A DNA stretch of 57,813 nucleotides, filler included, from Sphacelaria rigidula (lineage: Eukaryota), in the NCBI GenBank assembly GCA_964200075.2. It is 4 parts of 4 records of this genome, joined end to end, with 100 filler letters (N's around TTAATTAATTAA, not from the genome) between each part and the next. Parts side by side here need not be neighbours in the genome. Positions count along the whole stretch, not along the records: positions 14,481 to 28,859 come from CAXNAA020002281.1; positions 28,960 to 43,337 come from CAXNAA020002282.1; 2 more parts are not named here. One strand, written 5' to 3'. The translations under genes and the position numbers were made by a program. The notes below the pieces were generated by a model. The model was not told the origin of the DNA. It saw only the letters and a list, made by a program, of their open reading frames with translations, and ran no database searches. Position 1 is the first letter of the stretch. The number at the start of each line of letters is the position of its first letter. Positions 22,947 through 35,100 of the stretch are shown piece by piece.

Positions 22947-25900
22947 ATCCTACTTTGCATTTTGAACGAAGGCGCTAAAATACACCCGTTGATGGTCCTG
23001 TGGGATAAGCTATTGGTCAGAAGGATGGTGCGTGCATGGAGTGTCAGTGTTTGTGCCTGAAATACTTGTCTCATCAGTCGAGGGTTGAATCTCATGTATT
23101 GCCACGGAGGGGCGATGCCGGGGAAGGACAGTTGTCGTGGTTGGACCCGACAACTGATTTGTGCGTGGTGTTTCACCCTTGTTGGCCAACAGAGGGGGCA
23201 AATCGTCATTGTGCAAAGCGGGATCAATTACATTATCTAGCTTGGTCAAAACGGGGGAAGATTCATCGGGGCGCGGTGTTGAGCTTGATACGCCAATCAA
23301 CACAATACCGTCACTAGTTAGGGCCAACATGGGAAGGTTTGGAGACGATTCGTCAGGACGCGGGGTTGGTAGAGCTGTGCTGTTCAACCCGGCGTCTACA
23401 TAAGGGGCCAACGTGGGCGAGTGAGGAGACGAGTCGTCTTGCGTAACGCTTTGTGTGCCTCGTGACGAACACGCGATTGAGGTGTTGTCATGACGAGGAT
23501 GCGAACGTCCATGAGTCGGCGAAGCCTCTGTCCCTACCGACGGCGACGCTTCATCGGAAATGGCTTCTAACGCAGTGCACGAGGGGTGGTTAGGGAGCAG
23601 TAACCATATGTTCGAAATCTGGGTAGTACCGGCCTGTTCCACTCTAAGGTTTTCATCTGTCTGAGCCCACACGAAATCTCTTCCTTGGAGTTCACGTGCG
23701 CTTGCTACATCAGGGTTATCTACATGATCATCTGGAGGAGCCCGCCTAGGGTGACGCGTATAGCGCACGAAAGGTCGGCGGCTCCAGGAGCTATTGAAAT
23801 GAGTTCTTGGACAGTCGAACCTAGGTCACGCTCTTGGCGCACCACCTGAGTCGCTGTCACTTGGGGTTCCATCCCAACCCGCTGAGCGACGGAAAGCATG
23901 GGTTCTTTGCGGTTGCGACCCTTCAAGGCTTATTACGCTCATCAAATAAAAGGGAACCGGGTACCGTAGTTTTTGCGGAACTCGGTCGGGTGGTTAGCCG
24001 GGCACTCGAGCAGTTGGGTGGTGCTTGAGTGTGTGGCTTTGAATTTGGTATCCTCCGCTGAACAGGCGAAGGGGCAGCGTCTACCGTGCCAGAAGATATT
24101 TCGGCTCCGGATGCGTTAGAAACTGCACTACATGACTTCCTCTTCCCCGAAGAAAAAGGATTCGAGTGAATATGGTTAGTACCTGGTGGATGTAAAACTA
24201 GGTGATCAAATCCAGGATTAAAACGTCGGGTTTGGTCACTGCTCAATTGATAGCCATGCAATGGTGCACGGGCCTCGACTGTCTTGGAACCCTTCAAGGC
24301 AGTGTCAGCATATCCAGGGAACCCACACCACATGGTTGAACCTGCGGTGGCCACCGTTGATTTTCGTGCGTGATGTGTATTACCTGGCCGAGCGAAAGAA
24401 AATTGTTGGATATAAAAATGTTGGGTACTTCAGCGGTGGGTTACCAGTGATCGTTCATTTCTGATTGTGGGATTCTACCAACAATGAGAAATGAACAATC
24501 ATCAGAAGTAGAAAATGGACGGGCAGATGGCGGCGCTTAGGTCGTGGGCCAAGCAACGCGGTCTGGGTTACTCCACTGTATGCTAGTCGGAATCTCCGTA
24601 GCTTGTAAAGCGTTCCCAAAAACGGTTGTCAAGCTGTGAGGTGAGCATCAGTGTTGTGTGGGTACCGTCCTGGTGGGGTTCAGCCGCAGCACTAGTTATC
24701 TCATGAGTAAACGTCTACCGTTTTGTGAGTGGGCCGGTGCATGGGGTTGAAAGTGTGCCAGGTCAGGTGGTTCAGGCGGTGGACAACGTTAGCGATTATC
24801 AGTAAAGTCGAATCAGTTGTCGCTTCTGGGGCGGTGCAGGCGACCGTACGGACGCAGTTGTGATTGCCAGACTGCCAACATAGTGAAAAATGGCGCGAAT
24901 TTTCTCAGTGTCTTTTTGTCAGCAGCTTCTATTCTTGCTCCGCAATTTCCAAAGCCTTCGTGGATTCGCGTATCGCGCGTTCTAGTTCACTCTATTCCGT
25001 TGGCTTTTTCTCGGGGTGGACATCTACATTATGGGGGGCTTGCGCGGGCTCTTGAATCCCTGTAGAAACCTGTAGGCGGGCAAAGTCCAACTCTCTGTTC
25101 GCACGTTCAATCTGTGCTAGATTGTTGCTGCGAATCTGATCCCAGCACGGTGTTTGTTCAGCCACTGAAACGTTGTACCAATGGCACGGGGGAATGACGG
25201 CTGGGCGGGTTTGCCGAAGCTGGTCGTGCGTTTCGTCACGCGTGGGCGGGGACTGTTCCGATTTGGGTGGCGTATCAAAAGGCAGAGTGGGGCGATTACC
25301 AGGTTCAGCACCAGATTGGGTGCGGAGGTCATCGTCAAGAAAGGTTTCCGTAGCATTAGGGCTCACGTGGAGCGATGCCATCTGAGAATGAAAAGTGGCA
25401 ACACCGTCAGCGTTTTGAGTGGCTGGTTGGTGCACAGGGGAGTGTGCACCAAGGGGGTTTAGGATGAGCATGTGGAGGGGGATTGTAGTCTTCATCCACA
25501 CTCACATCCCTGAAAATACGTCCAGCAACAACGCTATCATCAAAAAACGTTCCGGTTCGTTTTCGCCAACCGTCTCACTATGCATGGTTGATTGTACGGT
25601 TGTTTCACCACTGTCTGAAGAAAGCCCACCGTCCTTGGTAATTTCGTGCACAGATGACTTCGAAGGGCGGTGGACATTAGACATGGGTTGTAACCTGCGC
25701 AATTGCGCAAGACCGAGGACGTAGAAATGCGAAGGTTGAACAGTGAACGTTTCATCGTGTGACTCGGCATAGATCGAGTTGGGGAACTGAGGCGTGGACA
25801 AAAATAAAGGGAATAGAGTAGCCGAGTACTGTCGACAGTGTTTGATCGACATGTAGCTCCGCGCACTCCGCACATGCATGCGGTCTAACACCTTTTCAAT

Positions 25901-26035
25901 CAGGTGCAGACGAAGGGAACAAAAATGTAGAAGGCACACGACAAACCGTATTTTTGTGTGTGTGTTGGTGGATAAACTGTAAAAGCTAAGAGACAAGAAG
26001 AAAACGATCGTTGTCACAATCAGACATACAGTGAC

Positions 26036-26152
26036 TGTCAACAGCGCAACAGCGCATTTGACAAACCTGCACGCCATGAAGGGATAGGTGTGACTTGTCA
26101 ACAGCGCAACAGCGCAGTTGACAAGCCTGCACGCCATGAAGGGATAGGTGTG
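26036..26152. repeat. Tandem duplication of a 60-bp unit
   Basis: TGTCAACAGCGCAACAGCGCA..TGACAA.CCTGCACGCCATGAAGGGATAGGTGTG starts at 26036 and again at 26096. Confidence 0.95.
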
Positions 26153-28859
26153 GGGTACAGCGAATAGCAACGTTAAACCGCCCAGTTCTGTTTTGAAAAC
26201 ATGTCGAGGTTGAGAAAAAAACGCAACTGTTGCATGCCGTATTTGTACGGGGCAATGCCCCGCGAAGCTGGCGATGCTCACTAGAGTATCGCATATTTAG
26301 CTGAAAATACCCAGGGTGGGTTCTCTATGGCATGTCATCGAGGCGGCCCAAATAAATGTACAAGCACAACCGTAATACAAATATGTAGTACAGTACAAAC
26401 AGCAGCGTACAAAGCATCAGATAGCAAAATGCTGTGTGGCACAGTACAGTACATATGATCGTCGCGTGGTGCAGCGAAGGGTCGGGTCAACAGTACAGTA
26501 CCAACGTCAATTTTTTCGTACCACACGAAAACCCGACACAACGCCATACCCGCGCCATGTGCGATCATATCTACAATGCAATATACATGACTTTGTTCAG
26601 AAAGGGCAGCAGTACCAACTGCTACAGCACGGCACCTCAGCGTCCGCAAACATTTTGACCGCCGAGACTACTTGTAAGTCAAACAGTACTATATTGTGGT
26701 CAGTACTTCAATTCTGAACATTTTTTCAGCGTGAATTGTACGCCGCATTCTGGACGATCGAGTATGTACTGTAGCGCGTGTTTGGTGGGGAGACAATCAA
26801 GCTGTAGTGTTTACTGATACTGTGTAAAATTGACAAGAGTACATAGTCGAGAGCATGTGTACAAGTAACATGAGCCTCGCGCCTTACCGTGTTCAATCAT
26901 GCTCGTGTACCTCGCGTGTACATACGACATCCTCTAGTCCTGGCCAATTATGTCGCATCGATATAACTCGGTGTACATGGTGTGCTCAACGTTCCGTGTT
27001 TGGGAAAGAGAAGTCGTCTGCACAGCGGGCTGCGATTGAAATAGCCCGCGGACGCCCTGCTGGTAAGTAGATCGGCGGGTGTTTCGTACATGTCGGCCGG
27101 CACGGTTGATACAGGATTGACGAGCGGTGAGCGGGCGAGCGTTGAAAAAGCTACGGGCCCGTGAGGGGCGTATCTAAGCAACGAACATGGGAGCGGCTGT
27201 ATTTTCCGAGACACATTTGCGGATGAAAAAGGAAACGGTTGTACAGATTGAATGTGCGTGATAGCATGCTGTTCTCTGCGCACCGTGTGCAACGGTACCA
27301 GAGAGAGCTCCTTCTTCACGGCGTTGTTATCTGCACTGTGTTGATGACCTGTGGATGGGGAAAGGGTTGGTTGTACACCAAAGGGGAGCCCGCGAATGCG
27401 CGCACGCCTGAAGCACCTGACTGTGCGCTCATCACCGTCTGAGACGGAACTGGGCACATTGCGAACCATCTGTGGCCTGTGGTCAGACCAGCTGTCAAAC
27501 TGTAAGTGAAACTGAAGACAGCTGCCTCTGAAAAAACAAAACCAGATGCCCGAGGTCTGTTCTGCCAATATCTAGTCAAGCAACAAATACGAAAATATGA
27601 AAATATGCAGGCTGGTGCACAACAGCGATCGAGCGAGAGAGAAAGCCCTACAGCTTGAAGGGAAAAAGCTACCGCTGAAGCCCCACAATGTAGTAGTATA
27701 GCACTAGCAGAACAAGCCGCACCTCAAAGGGGAGATGTGACAAGCTGATCCTGTCTTCAACTTGAAATATCAAAGCTGAAGATTCTCTCCCAACGCACAA
27801 ACCAGCTGTTTTGAGCTGCACACCAGATCCCACGCTCTTGCGTGCAATTGATAGACAAAATATAAGCGAGGGGTTATGTTACACGCGACTCACTCACTTT
27901 AGCTAGTCACGGCTTGTAGACCGGTGGGTGTCAGTAGCCAGTTGCGCAAGGATGGCAGGGGACCCTTAGTGTATTAGTCCTACGTAACCCAGAAGATGGC
28001 TCGATGGTCGGAGAAAGCAAGTGAACAGGTGGGCGATGGTGGGAGCGCTGCTCGACCTTACCCTGCCTCGCATACAAATGCTATAATACAAAATCATTTG
28101 AGGCGTGTGCCTCCTATCAACCTTTATTGGCAGGCGTGTGCCCCATATGTAATTCGATACAAGCAATCCAAATACAAAATCAGGCAGCAGCAACGCCGAT
28201 TGAACTGTGTTTGTCCACTTTCAACTTTACACACGCACACTCTCGACTGGGATCTCTTTATACCCGCCGATCGTTTGTGGATGATCGTGGTATCCTACTG
28301 TACTAGTTTAATTCTCGCACGCGGCCATATATCATCACACTCGTAGGAAAAACAAACTGGGCAAAATACAAAGAGGGCACACCCTGGTACTTTCGGAACA
28401 AAAAAGGGTAACGCATTTTTTGCTTTGGTGCGCGGCGCTGCACGCGGACTCAACATCTCGAAAACACATTCCAGCACCTCAGCCACATACCCAAGGTGTC
28501 TGGGCAGCATACTCGTTCATTTTGTTTCATTTTCACAAGTGTTGCTGGGCTGAACTACAGTGCCGAAAAGGAGAGCCCGTGGGAGTACCCTTTCATGTAA
28601 GCAAAACAGGAGGGTACACCCTGCCCCCTGCTAAAAAGTTATATTTTACCCATTTTTGTTTCAATGTTGTCCCTTTTTTGTGACGTGGTGACCGTACCGC
28701 CGTCTCAGCACAAGATACGCCGAGCAGTCACAGCCATGTTTGGTAAAATTGACACTTTCTACGATAGCCCCCCTCCCCCAAATCAGCTAAAAGTGTCACG
28801 AAAAAAATGGTCGTATAGCGCCTGATGTTCGGGCTCAGGCTGCATGAAGCGCCTCATAT

Positions 28860-28959
28860 NNNNNNNNNNNNNNNNNNNNNNNNNNNNNNNNNNNNNNNNN
28901 NNNTTAATTAATTAANNNNNNNNNNNNNNNNNNNNNNNNNNNNNNNNNNNNNNNNNNNN
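28860..28959. other. Artificial contig linker
   Basis: N44-TTAATTAATTAA-N44. Confidence 0.97.
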
Positions 28960-29044
28960 CTTTATGCTTTCGTATCGCCACTTCCCGAGACAGCCACAGC
29001 TTATACACTGCCTCATGGGTGCCTCACCATCACATTACCATCAC

Positions 29045-29270
29045 ATTAGACAGTAGGGAGAGAACGATGGCTCTACTAAGAGATAGCTGGTGGCCAGAGA
29101 CGGCGAAACAAGACGGGGATTGGACATGTAAAAGGTTTTCGTGTAATGTATGGAAGAAACGTAATGAGCGCCGGAATGTTGGAGGTGGCTTTATCAGGAG
29201 TAGGAACAGTGCTCCGTTTCGAAAGAGATGCGTGGTCAATGGTCAAACGACTAAGGCAAGCATCAAATGA
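29045..29270 (+). mobile_element. Probable 3' fragment of a non-LTR retrotransposon ORF
   Basis: DSRERTMALLRDSWWPETAKQDGD...NVWKKRNER...CVVNGQTTKAS* resembles a repetitive brown-algal LINE C-terminus; from memory, not searched. Confidence 0.45.
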
Positions 29271-29539
29271 GTACGCCCCCCCCAAAATACAACCCCAGAA
29301 TTTACGAGTAAAAGTTTTAATTTGGTTGTCATTCTTGAATTGTTCTATTCCTTGACCTGGGTCGAGAAGTCTGCTGTCAACAGGGTCCTCAGAATAGGGT
29401 TCAACGTCACGGTGAGGTTGCATCTGCTCTTGAAGTTTCTCCATTTTTGTGTAAATATTTTGAAAAACGAAAGCACCGTCGGCAATTTGTTTGAGTCCGA
29501 TCAATGGATGGGATTGAGAATTATATGCTTTCCTGTTGA

Positions 29540-29650
29540 CAGTTCTCAACGCATCAGCTTGATGCTTGTGGCGTGCGTCCAATTGACGTATGTCTTCTCG
29601 TCGCCACGCCTCCTCGAACTCCTCCACCCCTCCTCGACTACAAGGAAACG
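29540..29650 (-). mobile_element. Short 3'-end fragment of the LINE family seen at 31490-32450
   Basis: GVEEFEEAWRREDIRQLDARHKHQADALRTVN aligns with GAEEFEDTWRREDKRESDCHLK**AAALRAVN at about 31500-31610. Confidence 0.7.
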
Positions 29651-31489
29651 TTTCACCCGAAGTGAGCCTTGATTCTGTCAATCCTCAGACCCGGATCCAT
29701 CACGTTGCTCCGACAAATCTGCCCACCCCAGGGTGTGGATATCCTAGATGAACCTCCATCTCCCTTGTCACATCTCAGATGGACATCTACATATATCCTA
29801 GAGGGATATTCATCTGGTGTCGACATGTGGGGTATCAGATCAGTCTGGGATATCCACCGAAGATATGGATATCCCCTGGGGGTATCCATTTGTGATAATA
29901 AAATGCTTCCTCTGTCCCATGAGTAAAGTCCGTTATGATCACTCGAACCCTTAACCGTGTGCAATGCCCTGGGCGATTTTTTTCAAATCTTCAGGGGTTT
30001 TTTATTGGAATCACGTCTTTTTTTTCTCTCTCTGTTTGCGCAGCAGCCAGCGTGCGCGAACGACCGATAAACGATCAGTCGGCCCCCAAATGGCCGTTTT
30101 TCGTCCCTTTTCCAAAACACAGAGAAGAACCCTGGGAACCTGAAAAACGGTGAAAACCGCGAAAAAAACATAACTGGTTCTTTTTCTCCGGTTCATCGCT
30201 GGCATACGATAGCTACGCCTGGTCCGAAACCATTGCTTTACATTGCAGCCTTTATTTGCTTCAAAACAAGCCAAATTTGTCGAAATTCGGCCGAAAATGT
30301 ACAGATTGGACGGAAATTGGTCAAAATTTGGTGACGTTTGATCCAATGGTTTTAAGGTTGTAGGTTGATTATTTATTTATTTATTTTCGAGTGGTTATCT
30401 CCACAACTATATAGTTTCAACGAACCTTACCATAGCATCGTGAGCACCTCCGTTGGCGAGGTACAGCCTATCCTCCATAACAGACTTTACTTATGGGGCA
30501 GAGGAAGTACATTTAGAAAATAATGAACATTCATCTAGGATATGAAAACCCCAGGCGGACATCCCAGGTGGGCTTCTCAGATGGATATCAATATCTCACA
30601 TGCGCGATCGTTGCCTTTCGGGGTGTGATTGATTGAATGGCGTCGAATTGCGCCGAGTTGCTTGCATGTAATTCGTCTGGGGTGACCCCACACGTGGAAT
30701 ACATATACCTACACATATACACCACTCAGTTTCGGATTGTCGCTCCCCACACTCTGATCCCCGCCGCTGGGAACAGCTGAAGGACGTGGCGTACTTCGTG
30801 GGAGTGTGGGTTCTATAGGCAGGACGTTGGAAGGGTGGTTGAGTTGTCGGGTTTATATTGCTGTGTCTGAGCAGGGGGCTCCGAAGACTTTGGTAAGGAC
30901 AATGAACAGAGTATCCTGATATATGAGAGCGAACTCCTTTCATGAGATTGGTTGATCTATTGATTGCTGCACTTCAACTGATCCCCCAGGAGTCATGATC
31001 CAGCCGTGGTCATTGTCCACATGATACACGTGCCCGAGACAAAGCAGAACTGAAACGCTCGCTGAAGAAAACTGAGTAGAACATACAGAGTAAACTAAGA
31101 AAAGGAAAGAAAAAGAAAAACAAAAGACAAAAAAAAGACAAAATAAAGGAAGAAAAGCAATAGAAATGGCCGGCCTCTGTCACATGGCTTCGGTGAAAAG
31201 GCCTTGCGCAGAAACCACGCTCATACCCAATACTACCTCACTATTTTGGGTGATACCTCTCATCCATGAACCCTGCGGAAGCGAACCACCAGACTGCTCT
31301 GACATACACCATCAGGAAAGAACACACGCACAGGGAGAAAAAGAAGGGGAGAAAAAGACAACAGAGAAAGAGACTACAGAAGTGGTGATAGCCAAAGGAT
31401 TCAGAACAGCAGAGCCGGTATAACCACACTCGAGGAGGCACCGCAGAACTACTGACCAAGGACTAGATCAGCAACCGATGGGGGCGGGC

Positions 31490-32450
31490 AGGAGTGTCCA
31501 ATTGACGGCTCTCAACGCAGCAGCCTATCATTTGAGATGGCAGTCCGATTCTCGTTTGTCTTCGCGTCGCCACGTGTCCTCGAACTCTTCCGCCCCTTCC
31601 TCAGCTTGAAGATGTCACTTGCTCATGTTTCCCGCCGCAGTGATCCAATGGTATTCGTCGTTTACCTCTACACCGTAAACGAACCATTCCCATTGCCCTC
31701 CTTTGTGCGGAACAGCCCCTGGTGGACGTAGGTTCTCGTGGAGGTTTACCCCCCAGTATTCGGGGGGGGGGCGGCCGGCCTCCATGGGCTCTGTTGCGGC
31801 TAACCGGCCGTGCATGACGTCTTCGGAAAGGCGTGTTTCGTTTGCGGATAGTCGTCTCAATACGTCCGCAGTTGGCCATCTTGAACACATGTCTGTACGA
31901 AAGAGTCTTGTCGCCATTTCGATCTTTCCTGCGGAATCCAACCACTCGCAACAAAAGCTTGTGACAGACTGTCGAAGTCCTCAGAGCGGAACACCATGTG
32001 GCACATTCGTACCACAGAGCTTCCACTCCCTCCCCTTTAGGCAGCCGGACTTTCAACGAATGCTGGGTGTTGGGTCCATTATAGAGTTGGGAACTTTATT
32101 TTCGGAGACGTGCCCATGCTGCGTTGGTGCGGCGGTTAATTTCGATGGGCATTTTCGTACCCGCACTGACAGCACCACCAAGGTCGACGAACTTGGCCGC
32201 CCGGCCATACCGTGAACCGGCCGCCTTGATGTGTAGGGCGACCTCTGTGAATCTGGGCACTGGCCATAGGCGCATGGGCCCTGTCCTGCTCTCCGAGAGT
32301 GTCAGTCCGAACTTCTGGCAGATCACCATTACCACGGCCATCAGTCGAGCAAGGGCGTCTGGAGTCTGTAAGACTACGCTGGCGTCGTCCGTATAAAGCA
32401 GTGCCCACACCGCGCGCCGTATCTTCTCCAGTGGTGTATCTTCCAGGAAT
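31490..32450 (-). mobile_element. Degenerate LINE (RTE-like) reverse transcriptase, C-terminal part
   Basis: LLYTDDA (YADD box), FGLTLSESRT, KFVDLGG, EINRRTNAAW and EALWYECATW motifs; cut on its 5' side by a copia LTR. Confidence 0.88.
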
Positions 32451-32454
32451 TCAC

Positions 32455-32708
32455 TATTCCTTGGGTCAGGCACAGGGTAATGGTTGCAGATCTTTTATTG
32501 AAGAGCACCGAAGTTCTACTATAACTTGGGAGAGTGCTGATGAGATGGAGGTAGATGAATGAAAATGATCAAGGGAGGCGGACTGCTCCGCTGCTCTCAG
32601 CTGTACTGTACCACATTTGCACACACTTGACTGTCGGTACTCGTACGTCACCCCGACCTCCGGTTTTACGTAGATCCAGCATTACTGGGTATCTGAATCA
32701 CTCGAACA
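32455..32708 (-). repeat. 3' LTR of the deleted copia element
   Basis: About 90% similar by eye to 34840-35100 and preceded by the polypurine tract. Confidence 0.9.
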
Positions 32709-33015
32709 CTCCCCCTGATCGAATACCTCAGCACTCAAAGCTAAGACAAATAGTTTAGGAGGAAACTCGGCCTTCCGAGCAAAAACCCCCTATCACACAA
32801 ACTCCACCGCTTGTGCTCAAAACAAACAGCCCTTTTTCGCAGACGCCCAGGCCAGGGCACCTGTACTGAACAACGGGAAACGCCCTACAAACCCATGCCC
32901 CACAAAGTAGCGTGAGCAGCTTCACCCGATGTAAGCGCAGATGCATTACGGAAACCATGACCTGAAACATTTAGAGCTGACAAGTCGAAAGACACACACA
33001 AAACAAAATATGTGT

Positions 33016-33552
33016 CTACTCGCTGTCCCCAGTGTTCATCAAGGCGCGACGGTGCCTGTTGAACAGCGTGAATGGGAGCGGCTTTGTACGAATATCGGCG
33101 TGTTGCCACTCCGAATCCACATGAGCAATCCTTACTGCTCCCGTCCTAACCAAGTCCCTAATAAAATGCCACCTCACGTCGATTTGCTTACTTCGACCTG
33201 AGCTGAGAGGGTTGTCGGCTAGAGCCTTAGCCCCCTCATTGTATTCATAGAGAACAAAATCGTATTCTACTTGTCGTCCCAACACGACCTTCGGTCGTAG
33301 GAAAGACAGTATCGACCTGACAAACATGCATTCCTTCGCCCCTTCCGCCATAGCTACGTACTCGGCCTCGGTGGTTGACAGGGTAACGCAGTGTTGCGTT
33401 CGACTAGTACTTGATACTGCTATTACCCCGTACATGACAGCTACACCGGAAACTGACCGCCGGTCTGTATCTTTCTTTGCGTACCTAACACAACGCCTGT
33501 CTGGACAGTCTCTCGCTCGATGTGTAGTCATCTTCTGACAAACGTGGCACCT
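33016..33552 (-). pseudogene. Gag zinc knuckle fused to copia RNase H
   Basis: RCHVCQKMTTHRARDC followed in frame by YAKKDTDRRSVSG... Confidence 0.88.
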
Positions 33553-34814
33553 CTACGGCGTCGCAGCCCCCAACTGGTTCTCTGACGATGAAGCCTGCGA
33601 CTGGTTGTTTTTGCCCTGCCCCCCGTCACCTGTGCGACCTGGGTTTTGGGTCTTTCCCGGCTTAACTTTCCGGTGTGGACCGTTAGGTTTGCCGGGATGG
33701 CCCTCGACAGCAAGGGCCTGGTCGCCCGCGGAAGCCTTCTTCCCCTTGGCGAGTTCCTGCTTGAAAAGTGCCGATTCGAAACGTTTTCGGACCGACGTCA
33801 CTACGACTTCCCTCGTGAGTGGACCTTCGCGCTCCTCCAACGCCTGCTTTTGGTGGTTATACTCGCAAGGAAGCGCATTGACAAATTTGAGGAGGGTTTG
33901 CGCCTCCGTCAGGACGATGTTGCTGTCGTGTGATTGTAACTCTTTCGCCACCTCTTCCATCTCGATTAGTTTTTGAATAGGATTATCGCGAACTCCAATC
34001 TTCACGTGATCATACTTTTCTAGAAGAGCTAATCTAGCTGCGTTGGTCTTGGAGCTGTAGAAATCATTCAACTCACGCCACACGGCTGCCGGAGATGGGA
34101 TTCGGAACAAAACATCCCGGTCCCGCTGATGTTCGAGACTTGCCACCAACATTTGCCTCGCTCTCACGTTTGCAGCTACAGTGCCCTTTCCGTGCCTTGC
34201 TTCAAGAAAACTCAAGGAGAACGCCTTGTTTCCCACCTCCACATCGTATGCCCTATTTCTGACATAGTGAACACCCAATCAACTGCTTCACTTCTTGCAA
34301 ACATGATCAGTTCGTGACTGTAGTGGTTGAACTCTGAACTCTTTCCAGAGAATTTAGGTACAGCTGCCTTGAAAACCGGGACCCCGGAAATATTTGGGAC
34401 ACTTGGTCGATCGTGACCGAACACTGCGACGGACTCACTTGCGGGGTCTGCACCCCTTGCTCCGTCGCTTGTTGTCCTGTGGTCGCTCCCGCTCGGAGCT
34501 CCCTGCTCACCCTCTCGGCTCCGTCTTCGGCCTTGAGGTGTGCTGTGGTTGGCTGCGCTGTCAGCCTGGTGTTGTTGTGTTGCTTGATCTTCTTCGCTTT
34601 CGACGACGCCACTCCACCTCGCGCCTCCGGATTCTCGATCTTCGATGCCATCTACCCTACCCTGTAATACACTTTGTGTAGATTGTACATCTCCAACCAT
34701 CGCTGTCAGTGTGCTGAACTGACCACGGAACATACTCATCATACTTTCAAGTTGATTCGTCAGCCCGTCTAACCTTTCTTCTGAAGACGGAGCGTTACCA
34801 TCGTTCCTAGCCAT
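33553..34814 (-). pseudogene. Copia gag (one frameshift near 34250)
   Basis: ATG 25 nt downstream of the 5' LTR; PKFSGK, AAVWRELNDFY and FVNALPCEY gag-like motifs. Confidence 0.8.
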
Positions 34815-34839
34815 ATTTGCCCAATCGATTGATCACTAG

Positions 34840-35100
34840 TGTATTCCTTGGCTCAGGCACAGGGCAATGGTTTCAGATCTTTTATTGAAGAGCACCCAAG
34901 TTCTACTATAACTTGGGAGAGTGCTGATGAGATGGAGGTAGATGAAAATGAGAATGATCAGGGGGGGGGGGGCGGACTGCTTCCCTGCTCAACTGTACTG
35001 TACCACATTTGCACACACTTGACTGTCGGTACTCGTACGTCACCCCGACCCCCGGTTCTACGTAGATCCAGCATTACTGAGTATCTGGATCACTCGAACA
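34840..35100 (-). repeat. 5' LTR of the deleted copia element
   Basis: TGTTCGAG...GGAATACA on the minus strand. Confidence 0.9.

Larger units (their letters stand above)
17554..25501 (-). mobile_element. Degenerate Ty3/gypsy LTR retrotransposon (gag-like, PR-RT-RNase H-IN order)
   Basis: Protease ALLDSGS (21990-22946); RT SPWASP...RLTVNYQRLN, YLND and FLGH (20718-21849); RNase H TDSSKIGFG and IYTDHK...NADLLSRLP (20283-20860); integrase (18509-19450). Many frameshifts and stops. Confidence 0.93.
32455..35100 (-). mobile_element. Internally deleted Ty1/copia element (LTR-gag-RNase H-LTR, about 2.65 kb)
   Basis: Direct repeats at 32455-32708 and 34840-35100 start TGTTCGAG on the minus strand, with polypurine tract AGGGGGAG at 32709-32716. 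Gag spans 33553-34814 with a CCHC knuckle. Copia RNase H motifs DRRSVSG, LSTTEAEY, RSKQIDVRWHFIR and ADIRTKPL are present. Confidence 0.92.

Noticed and set aside
27726..27882. Polypurine tract AAAGGGGAGA followed by TGTGACA...TGTTACA, a possible short LTR
   Set aside because: No second copy or TSD and no recognisable upstream pol motif, so it is too weak to call.
28854..28859. Two contigs end in TCATAT just before the linker (also 43332-43337)
   Set aside because: Probably an assembly or library artefact or chance; no biological reading is supportable.
29730..30600. 14-bp inverted match ATATCCTAGATGAA, GATATC-rich repeats, and a ~20-bp match of 30091-30113 to positions 3-24
   Set aside because: Likely old DNA-transposon debris, but ends and TSD could not be defined.
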